A stretch of DNA of 63,452 nucleotides, filler included, from an uncultured Methanosarcinales archaeon (GTDB taxonomy: Archaea > Nanobdellota > Nanobdellia > Woesearchaeales > B54-G15): the NCBI GenBank assembly GCA_964519225.1. It is 3 parts of 3 records of this genome, joined end to end, with 100 filler letters (N's around TTAATTAATTAA, not from the genome) between each part and the next. Parts side by side here need not be neighbours in the genome. Positions count along the whole stretch, not along the records: positions 26,003 to 51,094 come from CAZFJK010000013.1; 2 more parts are not named here. One strand, 5' to 3'. The position numbers and the translations under genes are program-made. Below are positions 36,699 through 46,150 of this stretch, piece after piece. Every line of letters begins with the position of its first letter. Positions within the stretch are counted from its first letter, which is position 1. Under the pieces are notes generated by a model that ran no database searches, was not told the origin of the DNA, and worked only from the letters and a program-made list of their open reading frames with translations.

Positions 36699-37256
36699 AT
36701 GCCTGCGCAAAAAAGAAAAAAGAAAGAATGGTATCAAATTATTGCTCCTAAAATCTTTAAGGAAAAGGTTTTAGGCGAGACTCACTTGCTGGACCCTACT
36801 AAGAGCATAGGACGATGTCTTTCTGTTAGTTTAGCCGACCTCGTCGGAGATATAAAAAGACAGAACATCTATGTAAGATTTCGAATAACTGATTTTACAG
36901 GAACAAAACTTTACACAACTCCCGTAGGATATGAAATATCACCTACGGTAATAAAAAGGATGGTAAGGAGAAGAACAAGAAAAATAGACGACTCTTTTAT
37001 GGTCGAAACACTTGATAAAAAGAAATTCAGAGTAAAACCATTTATTCTTACAAGAGCGAGAGTGAACAATTCCGTTGCATCTGTTCTAAGAGCAACAGCA
37101 AGAGAAAAACTAACAGAATTTATCAAAAACACAAATTCTGAAAAACTTTTTGAAACTGTTGTCAGCCACAAAATACAAGCTACAATGTACAAAGAATTAA
37201 GCAAAATTTATCCATTAAAACATTTTGAGATAAGAAAACTCGAATTAATAGGTTAA
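36699..37256 (+). CDS. rps3ae: 30S ribosomal protein S3ae (eS1)
   Basis: KKKEWYQIIAPKIF..RMVRRRTRKID..KIYPL..EIRKLE. Confidence 0.93.
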   Translation: MPAQKRKKKEWYQIIAPKIFKEKVLGETHLLDPTKSIGRCLSVSLADLVGDIKRQNIYVRFRITDFTGTKLYTTPVGYEISPTVIKRMVRRRTRKIDDSFMVETLDKKKFRVKPFILTRARVNNSVASVLRATAREKLTEFIKNTNSEKLFETVVSHKIQATMYKELSKIYPLKHFEIRKLELIG

Positions 37257-38072
37257 TCTTTCAGAAGGTAAAAATAATTTTAACAAGTCTGTTAAGGTCA
37301 CTATTCCTATTGGCTTCTGCTCTTTTTCAATAACTACACTATTAATATTATAATTAATCAAGTCGTCAATTATCTCATTCACAGTCGTGTCAGGATGTGC
37401 TGTAACAAGAATCGGCGCCTTAAACCCAACCACCTCAAGCGCCCTTAAATCAGGAGGATTTCCATCAAAACTTTTTGTTTCTGTATGTTTGCTTCTACTA
37501 CCGTAGTCACTTTTCGCCTGCTTCAAGATATACTTCTCGATAAAATCTGTAAAACTGAAAATTCCAATCAACTTTCCTTCATGATCAACAAGAGGCAATC
37601 TTGATATACCTTCTTCACGATAAATCTCTATCGCCTTGCCAACCCTGTCACGTTCATGCAACACAAAAGGTTTTTTAGTAGCTATTTCTTTCACCTTTTT
37701 CTTTCCTTCGGGCCTTTCTTTCAACACTTTCACAACATTTATTGCTTTAACTACACCAATTACTCGCTCATTTTCGACTATCGGAAGCAAATACGCATTC
37801 GCTGTGAGAAGCAATCTTGCAACATCCTCAATTGATTCATCGCCCTTTAATTTCGGAGCACTTATCGTAATCTCGCCTACTTTCATGTTAGCGGGATGAG
37901 CTTTACTTTTTAGCAACCATTTTTTTGAAAGCACTCCTTTGTATTTCTTGCCGTCAAAAACAACAGCCCCCCTCTCGTGTGTTTCCATCAACCTTCCTAT
38001 GAGCTTAGAAATAGGATCATGTACATCTACTTTTACATAATCTGTACTCATCACCTCTTTTGCAATCGGCAT
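37245..38072 (-). CDS. Four-CBS-domain protein
   Basis: Repeated CBS motifs (LPIVE..VIGVV, ISRLPLVD..LIGI, PIGIVT..DLL). Confidence 0.88.
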   Translation of the reverse strand: MPIAKEVMSTDYVKVDVHDPISKLIGRLMETHERGAVVFDGKKYKGVLSKKWLLKSKAHPANMKVGEITISAPKLKGDESIEDVARLLLTANAYLLPIVENERVIGVVKAINVVKVLKERPEGKKKVKEIATKKPFVLHERDRVGKAIEIYREEGISRLPLVDHEGKLIGIFSFTDFIEKYILKQAKSDYGSRSKHTETKSFDGNPPDLRALEVVGFKAPILVTAHPDTTVNEIIDDLINYNINSVVIEKEQKPIGIVTLTDLLKLFLPSERLTY

Positions 38073-38169
38073 AAAGGAAAGGCAAAATAAACTGATATTT
38101 AATTTTTATGTTTCTGAAATTCGCCGTTAAACCACAATCTTTATAAAACACTGTTTTTTCAAAAGAACC

Positions 38170-38697
38170 ATGGCAAGGCTCAGAAAGGGCGTAGCTTATA
38201 GAAACCTTGAAAGACCTTATACAAGGATTAGCAAGTTTAGAGAAAAGAGTTTTATCAGGGCAACTCCAAGGGTCAATATAATTAAATTTACAATGGGCGA
38301 CCCAAATGGAAAATTTGAATACAGGCTTGACTTAGTTTCAAAAGATTCAATTCAGATACGACATAACGCTCTTGAAGCAAGCAGGCTGACAGTAAATAGG
38401 CATCTTGAAAAAAAACTCGGCAAAAAAGGTTATCACTTTAAGCTAAGGGTTTATCCATTTCATATTCTTCGTGAAAATCCGATTGCAGCTGGAGCAGGTG
38501 CAGACAGAGTTAGCAAAGGAATGAAGCAATCCTTTGGCAAACCAATCGGCAGTGCAGCGCAAATAAGTGCAGGCCAAAGCATAATGTTTGTTGATGTAAA
38601 CAAAGCTGACATTCCAGTAGCAAAAACAGCTTTGGAAAGAGCAATTAAGAAACTACCATGCAAATGCACCATAAAGATTTCTGAAATCAAAGCTTAA
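38170..38697 (+). CDS. rpl10e: 50S ribosomal protein L10e (uL16)
   Basis: QIRHNALEASR..YPFHILREN..GAGADRVSKGMKQSFGKP. Confidence 0.97.
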   Translation: MARLRKGVAYRNLERPYTRISKFREKSFIRATPRVNIIKFTMGDPNGKFEYRLDLVSKDSIQIRHNALEASRLTVNRHLEKKLGKKGYHFKLRVYPFHILRENPIAAGAGADRVSKGMKQSFGKPIGSAAQISAGQSIMFVDVNKADIPVAKTALERAIKKLPCKCTIKISEIKA

Positions 38698-38739
38698 CTA
38701 AGCGACAAATTTTTAATAACGCCTTCTTTTCTCTTCGCT

Positions 38740-40014
38740 ATGGAATTGCAAAGAGCAAAAGGAACTCGCGACTTTATGCCTGAAGAAAAAATTTTAAGAA
38801 ATGAAATAGTTGATACTTTAAAAACAATATTCGAATGTTATGGATTCTATCCTATAGAAACACCGATTCTCGAGCGATTCTCAACACTCTCTGCAAAATA
38901 TGCTGGCGGCTCAGAAATACTTAAAGAAACATTCAAGCTCACTGATCAAGGTGGCAGACAACTCGGTCTTCGCTATGATCTTACTGTACCATTAGCACGA
39001 TTTATTGCTATGAATCCAACACTGAAAATGCCTTTCAAACGCTATCAAATAGGCAGGGTTTTTAGAGATGGCCCAATAAAGCTTGGCCGTTACAGAGAAT
39101 TTTGGCAGTGCGATGCTGACATTGTCGGTTGTAAGGACTTAATTGCAGATGTTGAAATTCTCCAAATGGCTCTTGACGCATTCAATGCACTAAATTTAGA
39201 TGTTGTTATAAAGCTAAATAGCAGAAAGCTTCTCGATGAAATCTTTGCCTACGCCAAGGTTTCTCAAGAAAAACGAATCGATGCAATACTTTCTATTGAT
39301 AAACTGGAAAAATTCGGTTGGGATTATGTTGAAAAAGAATTAACGGAACTTGGCCTAAAAGAAGAAACCATCAAAACATTAAAAGACATATTTTCAATCG
39401 AAGGCGCAAACAAAGAAATTATTGCAAAGCTAAAAGACCTTTTCGGTTCTGATTCAGAAGGGCTTAAAGAAGTAGAAGAAATCTTAAGTTATTTTGAAGA
39501 TGAAAAAAGAATATTGTTTACTCCTTCCCTTGCAAGAGGTTTAGCTTATTACACAGGCCCGATCTATGAGGTTTTCTTGCAGAAAAGCAAAATAACAAGC
39601 GCAATTGCTGCAGGCGGCCGCTATGATGAAATGATAGGCCGCTTTTCAAATGTGAATCGTGAAATTCCTGCAACCGGAATAGCTTTTGGCTTGGATGTGA
39701 TCATGGATGCGCTAAAAGAAAAGAGAAAAGAACTTCCAAAGACTAAAGCAAAAGTGTTGATCATCCCAATAGGAACAAAAAAAGAAAGTTTCAAGCTTGC
39801 AGTTCAGCTCAGAAAGAAAGGAATAAACACCGACCTTGCAATAATCGAGCGCGGCATCAAAAAACAGCTTGAATATGCTAATGCGTTAAAAATTCCTTAT
39901 GTAATATTCTATGGCGATGAAGAGTTAAAAAAGAAGAAAATCAAAATTAAAAATATGTGTAGCGGTGAGGAAACTGAATTAACTTTAAAAGAATTAATCA
40001 GTTTTTTGAGCTAA
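38740..40014 (+). CDS. hisS: Histidine--tRNA ligase
   Basis: KGTRDF, LRYDLTVP, GRYREFWQCDAD, RGLAYYTG, GGRYD. Confidence 0.97.
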   Translation: MELQRAKGTRDFMPEEKILRNEIVDTLKTIFECYGFYPIETPILERFSTLSAKYAGGSEILKETFKLTDQGGRQLGLRYDLTVPLARFIAMNPTLKMPFKRYQIGRVFRDGPIKLGRYREFWQCDADIVGCKDLIADVEILQMALDAFNALNLDVVIKLNSRKLLDEIFAYAKVSQEKRIDAILSIDKLEKFGWDYVEKELTELGLKEETIKTLKDIFSIEGANKEIIAKLKDLFGSDSEGLKEVEEILSYFEDEKRILFTPSLARGLAYYTGPIYEVFLQKSKITSAIAAGGRYDEMIGRFSNVNREIPATGIAFGLDVIMDALKEKRKELPKTKAKVLIIPIGTKKESFKLAVQLRKKGINTDLAIIERGIKKQLEYANALKIPYVIFYGDEELKKKKIKIKNMCSGEETELTLKELISFLS

Positions 40015-40683
40015 TCTCTCTAAGCCTCTTTGTTTAAAAGCATTTGACAGTCGTTTTAACCTTCCATAAGCATCAACAGCAATCAACTTGGCATGTTCAT
40101 CCAACGCCCGTCTAAGTTCTTTTCTTTTAGGATCCGAGACAAGATAATTGTTTACTAATTTTCGTAGACTGTCCTGTTTATTTATTCGCATATAGGCGGC
40201 ATCACTCCGTATGTTTAGTCGTGCTTCGATGTCAAATTCTTGTTTTAACACAACTACTATTTCAGCTAACAATATTTTTCCACGCGAATGACATAACTCG
40301 ATTCTAACAAACCTCCTTGGAAATGATGAATGTTTGATTCTATGTTCAACGTAGTCTATTCGTCCTTTTGAGTCGAAAACACCTCTAAAGTAAGCCCTGA
40401 GGCGTCGTCTATCGTTCAAAACAAACCGAGACATCTGCTTTAGGTCTTTAGTTTCGTCTAAAACATCTTCAATGTTACCTGAAGAAATATAAAAACTAAT
40501 ATAACCACCTTTTTGGCTTTCTGATATATAACCGCCAAGGCATCTTATTCTTTTTCTAACCAAGTTTAGATTTGGATGACATGCTCGAACTTCTAGATTT
40601 AACGCTCTTCTGTTCCTTGCTTTACTTCGCCTGATTTGAATGAATCCAATAATATATGCCAAATCAATGTTAAGTTTTAACAT
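39994..40683 (-). CDS. Free-standing LAGLIDADG-fold protein, degenerate
   Basis: LAYIIGF (motif 1) and LRAYFRGVFDSKGRI (motif 2); catalytic acidic residues replaced. Confidence 0.68.
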   Translation of the reverse strand: MLKLNIDLAYIIGFIQIRRSKARNRRALNLEVRACHPNLNLVRKRIRCLGGYISESQKGGYISFYISSGNIEDVLDETKDLKQMSRFVLNDRRRLRAYFRGVFDSKGRIDYVEHRIKHSSFPRRFVRIELCHSRGKILLAEIVVVLKQEFDIEARLNIRSDAAYMRINKQDSLRKLVNNYLVSDPKRKELRRALDEHAKLIAVDAYGRLKRLSNAFKQRGLERLAQKTD

Positions 40684-41585
40684 TCTTCAAGAAGTGTTAA
40701 TATTACAGGTTTATCTTTAACCAATATAGTGTGTTCTGCTTGACTGACCAAGCCGTGCTCCTTATCCACCAACGGCGGAAAGCTTTCAATAATCTTTTCC
40801 TTTAATAATTGAGTCAGCGCAAAATTCACCTGGTGTTTTGGAAATTTCTCAGTTAGCCATCTCGTCGTAAAAGGTAGCCCTTTTCTCTTTTCAATCTCGC
40901 GCAGGATGTTTCTAACAAAACCAAGCCTTACTGGTTTCTTCTGTTTCAGAGCAAATATTGTTGCAGGACTGCTTTCATATACCATGCCTGCACCAGTTGA
41001 TGCAAACGGCTCGATCGCAATCAACTGATTTTCTTCTAGTTTTGTTTCATCGCCATTATCATAGTTAGGTATGATCGGCTTTGAATGGATATTATATTCG
41101 TCAAGTCCGTGTCCTGTTAAATTAACTATGGGCGAAAAGCCATACTTAACTATCACGTCATATATTATTTTTCCCAATTCACAAACTTTTACACCAGGTT
41201 TTGCCAACTTAATAGCTTCATTCAAAGCTTCAACCGAGGCTTTAACAAGCTCGCTGTTTTTTTTGCTTAAATCGATTGTTGCTGCATTATCTCCGATATA
41301 ACCATCTACATGCACTCCTACATCGATTTTCACAACCTGATCATCAAATTCCAGATCATCATCTTCTAAAGGACAGAAATGCGCAGCCACATCGTTCAAG
41401 CTTATTTGAACAGGAAAAGCAAGCTCACAGCCCTTTTCAATAATGAACTCTTCAACAGCATTGCAGACATCAACCACGCGCTTTCCTGGCTTAACAAGAG
41501 ATTTAGCGTATTCTAGAGCTTCAGCTGCAACACGACATGCTTTTTTAAGCTTAGAAAATTCCTCTGATTTTAAATCTATAATCAT
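40677..41585 (-). CDS. map: Methionine aminopeptidase type II
   Basis: AFPVQISLN..AAH, KIDVGVHVDGYIGD, NLTGHGL, AIEPF, SQAEHT. Confidence 0.96.
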   Translation of the reverse strand: MIIDLKSEEFSKLKKACRVAAEALEYAKSLVKPGKRVVDVCNAVEEFIIEKGCELAFPVQISLNDVAAHFCPLEDDDLEFDDQVVKIDVGVHVDGYIGDNAATIDLSKKNSELVKASVEALNEAIKLAKPGVKVCELGKIIYDVIVKYGFSPIVNLTGHGLDEYNIHSKPIIPNYDNGDETKLEENQLIAIEPFASTGAGMVYESSPATIFALKQKKPVRLGFVRNILREIEKRKGLPFTTRWLTEKFPKHQVNFALTQLLKEKIIESFPPLVDKEHGLVSQAEHTILVKDKPVILTLLEEC

Positions 41586-41617
41586 AACTTAAGGAGAAAA
41601 TTCTCGCTATTAAAAGT

Positions 41618-42097
41618 TTATTCTTTTATTTCCCAATAATGAACTTCAGATTGCGGAACAATGTAAACACGATTTCCTTTCTTAATGTGAATATAATCGC
41701 CGACAATACCGACGATAACACCATTTATCCGTAAATGTTCTTTTTTAAGTATAGCCGTAGCCTGCTTACCGATGTACTGTCGAATAGGATATATCATCTG
41801 AAAATCTCTTTCAATATCTTCTCGGATTTGCAATTCAGCAACCTGAATTCCTTGAAGATAGATAACTCCGGGCACTTTAACTAGTTTTTCATTTTCGCCT
41901 TCACTGCTTAATACTTTTGTTAAAATACTTCCTGAAAGCTCTCCAGTCCTTTTATTATAATGCTTCGGTATTATTCTAACGACTGTATTTGGAAAGCAGA
42001 GTCGCAATGCTTTTCCTTCTTTAATTGCATGTTCAATCAAACTTTCAAGTCCTTGTTTTCCTTCTTGTTCTTCTTCTTTTCCAAATCCGACTACCAT
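41618..42097 (-). CDS. Hypothetical protein, C-terminal Sm/SH3-like barrel possible
   Basis: YIGKQATAIL..INGVIVGIVGDYIHIKKGNRVYIVPQSEV pattern. Confidence 0.45.
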   Translation of the reverse strand: MVVGFGKEEEQEGKQGLESLIEHAIKEGKALRLCFPNTVVRIIPKHYNKRTGELSGSILTKVLSSEGENEKLVKVPGVIYLQGIQVAELQIREDIERDFQMIYPIRQYIGKQATAILKKEHLRINGVIVGIVGDYIHIKKGNRVYIVPQSEVHYWEIKE

Positions 42098-42098
42098 T

Positions 42099-42590
42099 TT
42101 AATATATCACCCCTACAACCACGCCTACAATTTGTTCAAATCTAACTTTTTCTGGATCTTCTATTGGATTATTATCTCCTTTAACTATGAAATAAAATCC
42201 TTTTTCATCAATGCCTTTTCCAACAACTCTGTGCACAACAATGCAATTACACAGCTTTGACCTATATGAAATAATATCTCCTATCCTTATCTGAGTCGGA
42301 TCCTTTGGAGTAATCTCAATAGTATTTGCTTCTGCATCAAAAACAGGATCCATTGAATTCGTATCTGTAAACATTGCCCAGCTTGGATTTTCAACATCAA
42401 TTATAACTTTATCCTGAAAAACATGAATCTGCTCTGGCTTTATCCAATCGCCAGGAGAAGGTCTTTCAGGAGCGACATTGCTAAAAGGAAACTGTGCTTT
42501 GGAAAGCTCAGAAACAGCGCTATTTGAAAACCAGCCAAGTAAAAACATGCCTGCTACAAACAGCACCAAAAACAACCTTCTCCAAACCAT
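42099..42590 (-). CDS. Signal peptidase I (Sec11/S26 family)
   Basis: N-terminal TM, TNSMDP (Ser), GDIISY, VHRV (His), KGDNN..DP; likely start MVWRR at 42590. Confidence 0.88.
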   Translation of the reverse strand: MVWRRLFLVLFVAGMFLLGWFSNSAVSELSKAQFPFSNVAPERPSPGDWIKPEQIHVFQDKVIIDVENPSWAMFTDTNSMDPVFDAEANTIEITPKDPTQIRIGDIISYRSKLCNCIVVHRVVGKGIDEKGFYFIVKGDNNPIEDPEKVRFEQIVGVVVGVIY

Positions 42591-42675
42591 GTTATCACTA
42601 CTAAGTAATTTATAATATATAAATCTTTTGCTTTTTAAAAGTAGTAAAAACATATACAAAAGAAATGTAAACGAC

Positions 42676-43437
42676 CTATAATAGCTCAAACCGAGCAACG
42701 AAGTCCTTAAAAGAACCGCTCCAAGTTTCAAAAAGAAAAAGTAACCCCCAAAAATTATACACCTTCTTTTCCAAGAGATAGGGATTATTCATCGAACTTA
42801 AGTTCTCAAGTATTCTTTCAATGCATTCCTCGTTTAGCATTGTTCTTGCAGAAAGTTCTTTAACAGGATTATTAGACGGCGTTTTTGACAGATCAATTCC
42901 AATTTTTCTCAAATAGAGCTCAACAAGACCATTTACAGAATTTGGAAAACTCATATCAGGCAAACCGACCCCTTTTTCTTGAAAGATTCTTCTGATTTCT
43001 TCTTCGACAGCTTTCTCTCCTCTGCAAGGTATGTGGATTTTGCACGATTCAATTTTTCTTCCAAAAACTGCTGAAAAGAATTCTTGCGTTAAAGTAATCG
43101 GCCAATGAGGTGATACTTCCCTAAATGGGATAATAGTTAAGCCATCTTTTTTATAGTTCGGTTCATAGATTAAAGAATATCTGCCCCTATTGTTTGGAAT
43201 CAGGCGCTGACGGTCGCTTACTCTAACTATTCCCGGGAGCACTTTGTAATGTCCAAAAACAACAGGGCAGTCGGGATTTTTAATCCATTCTTGAACATCT
43301 TTTTTGATTTGCTCCTCAACCGATTTATTGTTTCCTTTCAGTGTTTTTTTACGTTCTTTGATAAAGTTATATATTACATCATCGAGTACCCATGTTGGAT
43401 GATGAGACACACTAAAATATATTTCTTTCTTAGACAT
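42676..43437 (-). CDS. Hypothetical protein
   Basis: 253-aa ORF; no family recognised. Confidence 0.55.
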   Translation of the reverse strand: MSKKEIYFSVSHHPTWVLDDVIYNFIKERKKTLKGNNKSVEEQIKKDVQEWIKNPDCPVVFGHYKVLPGIVRVSDRQRLIPNNRGRYSLIYEPNYKKDGLTIIPFREVSPHWPITLTQEFFSAVFGRKIESCKIHIPCRGEKAVEEEIRRIFQEKGVGLPDMSFPNSVNGLVELYLRKIGIDLSKTPSNNPVKELSARTMLNEECIERILENLSSMNNPYLLEKKVYNFWGLLFLFETWSGSFKDFVARFELL

Positions 43438-43472
43438 TATTTATTAACCATACTAGATAATTTTTAAAATTT

Positions 43473-43873
43473 ATGCAAATTCCAAAAGATATTAAAAAGA
43501 AAATGAATCCAAACTTCAAAATGGAAGGAGTGAGCGAAAATTATCCGATTCTTTCTTACGGAAACGCTAAACACCGACTTTTAAAACACGATCAATACAT
43601 TCTTTTGAAAGCAGGCATAGAAAACCAACCTACAATCCAGAAGAATTCGAGCAAAGAATAAAAGCTGTAGAATTTGAACATATTTACAAATACGAACCCA
43701 GAACCCTTTTAGAGCGAAGAAGATTGTTTCTGCTTCTATGCGCTGAATTCGCGCAAGAGAGCGGTAACGTTATTCAAATAGAAGGCTTAAACAAAACTGA
43801 AGAAAAAGATCTCGAAGCATTTGTAAATAAAACCTTTAGAAAAATTCTCAGAGACGCAGCCAATAAGAGGTAG
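43473..43873 (+). pseudogene. Hypothetical gene broken by one missing A near 43621-43624
   Basis: ORF 43473-43661 continues in the -1 frame (KPTYNPEEFEQRIKAVEF...AANKR*) if GAAAAC were GAAAAAC. Confidence 0.5.
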
Positions 43874-43942
43874 TCTTTCAAATCTCTCAAACGAATTTTA
43901 GTGGTTATCTCAAATCAAAAAATCAAAACCTTTATATATAAG

Positions 43943-43962
43943 TTTTGAATATATATTCAAAA
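43943..43962. promoter_or_regulatory. Perfect 20-bp palindromic operator TTTTGAATATATATTCAAAA
   Basis: Lies between the TATA (tttatatata, 43931-43940) and the ATG at 43963 of the DUF134 HTH gene. Confidence 0.75.
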
Positions 43963-44472
43963 ATGCCAAGGCCAAGGCGAAGCAGATGGATATGGTATCA
44001 ACCGCAAGTAACTTATTTCAAACCAGTAGGTATTCCGTTAGCGCAACTAGAGGAGATCACTATCACTTATGATGAACTTGAAGCTCTTAGACTAAAACAC
44101 CTAGAAGACCTAGAGCAAAAGGAAGCAGCAAAGAAAATGAAGATTTCCCAGCCAACTTTCCACAGAATAATTGAACAAGCATGCAAAAAAATTGCAGATG
44201 CCTTGGTCAATGGCAAAGCAATAAAAATTGAAGGAGGTGAGATAAAAATGGTTGTTCCTGGCTTTGGAAGAGGCCCTGGTGGAAGAGGGAGAGGCGCTGG
44301 CAGAGGCAGAGGCTTTCGTGGCCCTGGCGCAGGAAGAGGCTTTGGCAGAATGGGCGTTCCTCCAACAAAGTGTGTCTGCCCAAATTGCGGCTACGAAGAA
44401 GCAAAGGTAAGGGGCATTCCGTGCAGAAGCAAGAAATGTCCTAAGTGCGGAACACCTTTAATGGGCGCTTAA
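43963..44472 (+). CDS. DUF134 HTH regulator fused to a Gly/Arg-rich Zn-ribbon module
   Basis: MPRPRR..FKP.G..DELEALRLKHLEDLEQKEAAKKMKISQPTF..ADALVNGKAIKIEGG; GRGRG repeats; CxCPxC..CPKCG. Confidence 0.9.
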   Translation: MPRPRRSRWIWYQPQVTYFKPVGIPLAQLEEITITYDELEALRLKHLEDLEQKEAAKKMKISQPTFHRIIEQACKKIADALVNGKAIKIEGGEIKMVVPGFGRGPGGRGRGAGRGRGFRGPGAGRGFGRMGVPPTKCVCPNCGYEEAKVRGIPCRSKKCPKCGTPLMGA

Positions 44473-44490
44473 AATCTTGGAGGTGGAAAA

Positions 44491-44853
44491 ATGCGTATAG
44501 CAATAAGTTGCGAAGGAAAAACCCTTGAAAGCAATGTCGATCCACGCTTCGGAAGATGTGCTCATTTACTTATAGTCGAAGCAGAATCCCCAGACAAAAT
44601 AAGCTTAGTGAAAGCAATCGACAATCCGAATGTAAATGTCGGCGGCGGCGCAGGAATAAGTACAGCACAGCTTGCAGCAAATGAAAATGTTGAAGCAGTA
44701 ATCACCGGCAACATCGGCCCAAGAGCGTTCGGCGTAATGCAGCAATTAAACATAAAAGTTTACAGAGCAGCCGGAAAAGCAATCGATGCAATCAAACAAC
44801 TCTTAGAAGGAAAACTCGAGGAAATAACAGTTCCAGGACCTATGTGGAAATGA
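44491..44853 (+). CDS. NifB/NifX-family FeMo-cofactor-binding-like protein
   Basis: VDPRFGRC..GGGAGI..VITGNIGPRA. Confidence 0.9.
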   Translation: MRIAISCEGKTLESNVDPRFGRCAHLLIVEAESPDKISLVKAIDNPNVNVGGGAGISTAQLAANENVEAVITGNIGPRAFGVMQQLNIKVYRAAGKAIDAIKQLLEGKLEEITVPGPMWK

Positions 44854-45308
44854 CATCAAACAGCAACAATTCCGACGAAATTTCCTTTATCAGAAAGAAA
44901 AAAGTTGAGGAAATGCTAAAAAGATTGGCGTTCAGTCAGCAAAAAGAGAAAATATCAGCTATGCCAATCATCGACCGTGCAAACAGCAAAAACTTCAACC
45001 TTAAAGTAATTGAGCGTTCAACGATTTTACCGGTTCTGGTTGACTTTTATGCAGATTGGTGCATGCCGTGCATTATGCTGGGTCCGATTCTCGAAAGGTT
45101 GATACGTGCAGAAAATGGAAAAATCGCTCTTGTTAAAGTGAATATCGACGAATCACGCAGCCTTGCAGAAACATACAGAATAATGAGCATTCCCGCATTA
45201 AAGCTTTTCAAAGATAAAAGAATAATAGCCGAACACATTGGCTTCGCTTCTGAACAACAGCTTAAGTACTGGATTGAAAGAGCGCTTCAGAAATGCCAAA
45301 AACAATAG
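44850..45308 (+). CDS. trxA: Thioredoxin
   Basis: VLVDFYADWCMPC..IMSIPAL. Confidence 0.9.
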   Translation: MTSNSNNSDEISFIRKKKVEEMLKRLAFSQQKEKISAMPIIDRANSKNFNLKVIERSTILPVLVDFYADWCMPCIMLGPILERLIRAENGKIALVKVNIDESRSLAETYRIMSIPALKLFKDKRIIAEHIGFASEQQLKYWIERALQKCQKQ

Positions 45309-46150
45309 CAGTAACAGGCGGAAAAGGAGGAACAGGAAAATCAACAATAGCTGCTTTACTCGCAATTGGACTTTCAAAAGAATACAAGGTTCTTTTAGCA
45401 GATGCGGATGCTGACTGCCCGAATTTGCATATAATCCTCAAAGCAAAAAGAAAACTGCTGAGCGAAGTAAAGCAGACAATTCCAGAATGGGACTTTAGCA
45501 AATGCATTAAGTGCGGAAAATGCTCGCAGGTCTGCAAAGAAAATGCAATAGTATTCGTCAAAGGAAAATATCCTATCTTTGTAAAAGAACAGTGCATTGG
45601 TTGCAATGCCTGCAGGATTATATGTCCTACAAAAGCAATAGGAAAAGCAGAGCAAAAAATAGGGTCTCTGTACTTTTCTGAGATAAATTCAAATCTGCAC
45701 CTGATCAGCTCAGAGATGCTTATTACATACGAAGAAACAAGTCCGATTGTGAATGCATTAAAAAAAGAGGTGTCAAAGCTCAAGGATAAGTACGACTTTG
45801 TCATAATCGATACAGCAGCTGGAACTCATTGCAATGTTATCTCGGCATTGCTCGGCACTGACTTTGCTCTCGCTGTAACAGAACCAACACCTCTGGGAGC
45901 CCACGATTTAAGTTTGATCCTTTCGTTGACTAAAAAGCTTGACATTCCTGCATTTGTCTTGCTGAACAAGGCAAACATGGCAAAAAGCAAAGCAGAAGAA
46001 ATCAGATCGATAGCAGCGCAATTCAACGCAGAAATCGTTTCAGAAATACCATATGATAAGAAAATATTTGAGGCGTATTCGTCTACAAATCTGGAAAAAA
46101 TACCTGAAAGTCTATACAAGCCTCTAATCGACTTTGTAAAGAAAAAATGA
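45293..46150 (+). CDS. MinD-superfamily P-loop ATPase with inserted 2[4Fe-4S] ferredoxin
   Basis: GGKGGTGKST, CIKCGKC..C, CIGCNAC..C, DTAAGTHC, VTEPTP. Confidence 0.9.
   Translation: MPKTIAVTGGKGGTGKSTIAALLAIGLSKEYKVLLADADADCPNLHIILKAKRKLLSEVKQTIPEWDFSKCIKCGKCSQVCKENAIVFVKGKYPIFVKEQCIGCNACRIICPTKAIGKAEQKIGSLYFSEINSNLHLISSEMLITYEETSPIVNALKKEVSKLKDKYDFVIIDTAAGTHCNVISALLGTDFALAVTEPTPLGAHDLSLILSLTKKLDIPAFVLLNKANMAKSKAEEIRSIAAQFNAEIVSEIPYDKKIFEAYSSTNLEKIPESLYKPLIDFVKKK

Noticed and set aside
44491..44853. NifB/NifX-like gene as evidence of nitrogen fixation
   Set aside because: No nifHDK here; this small family is widespread in non-diazotrophs.
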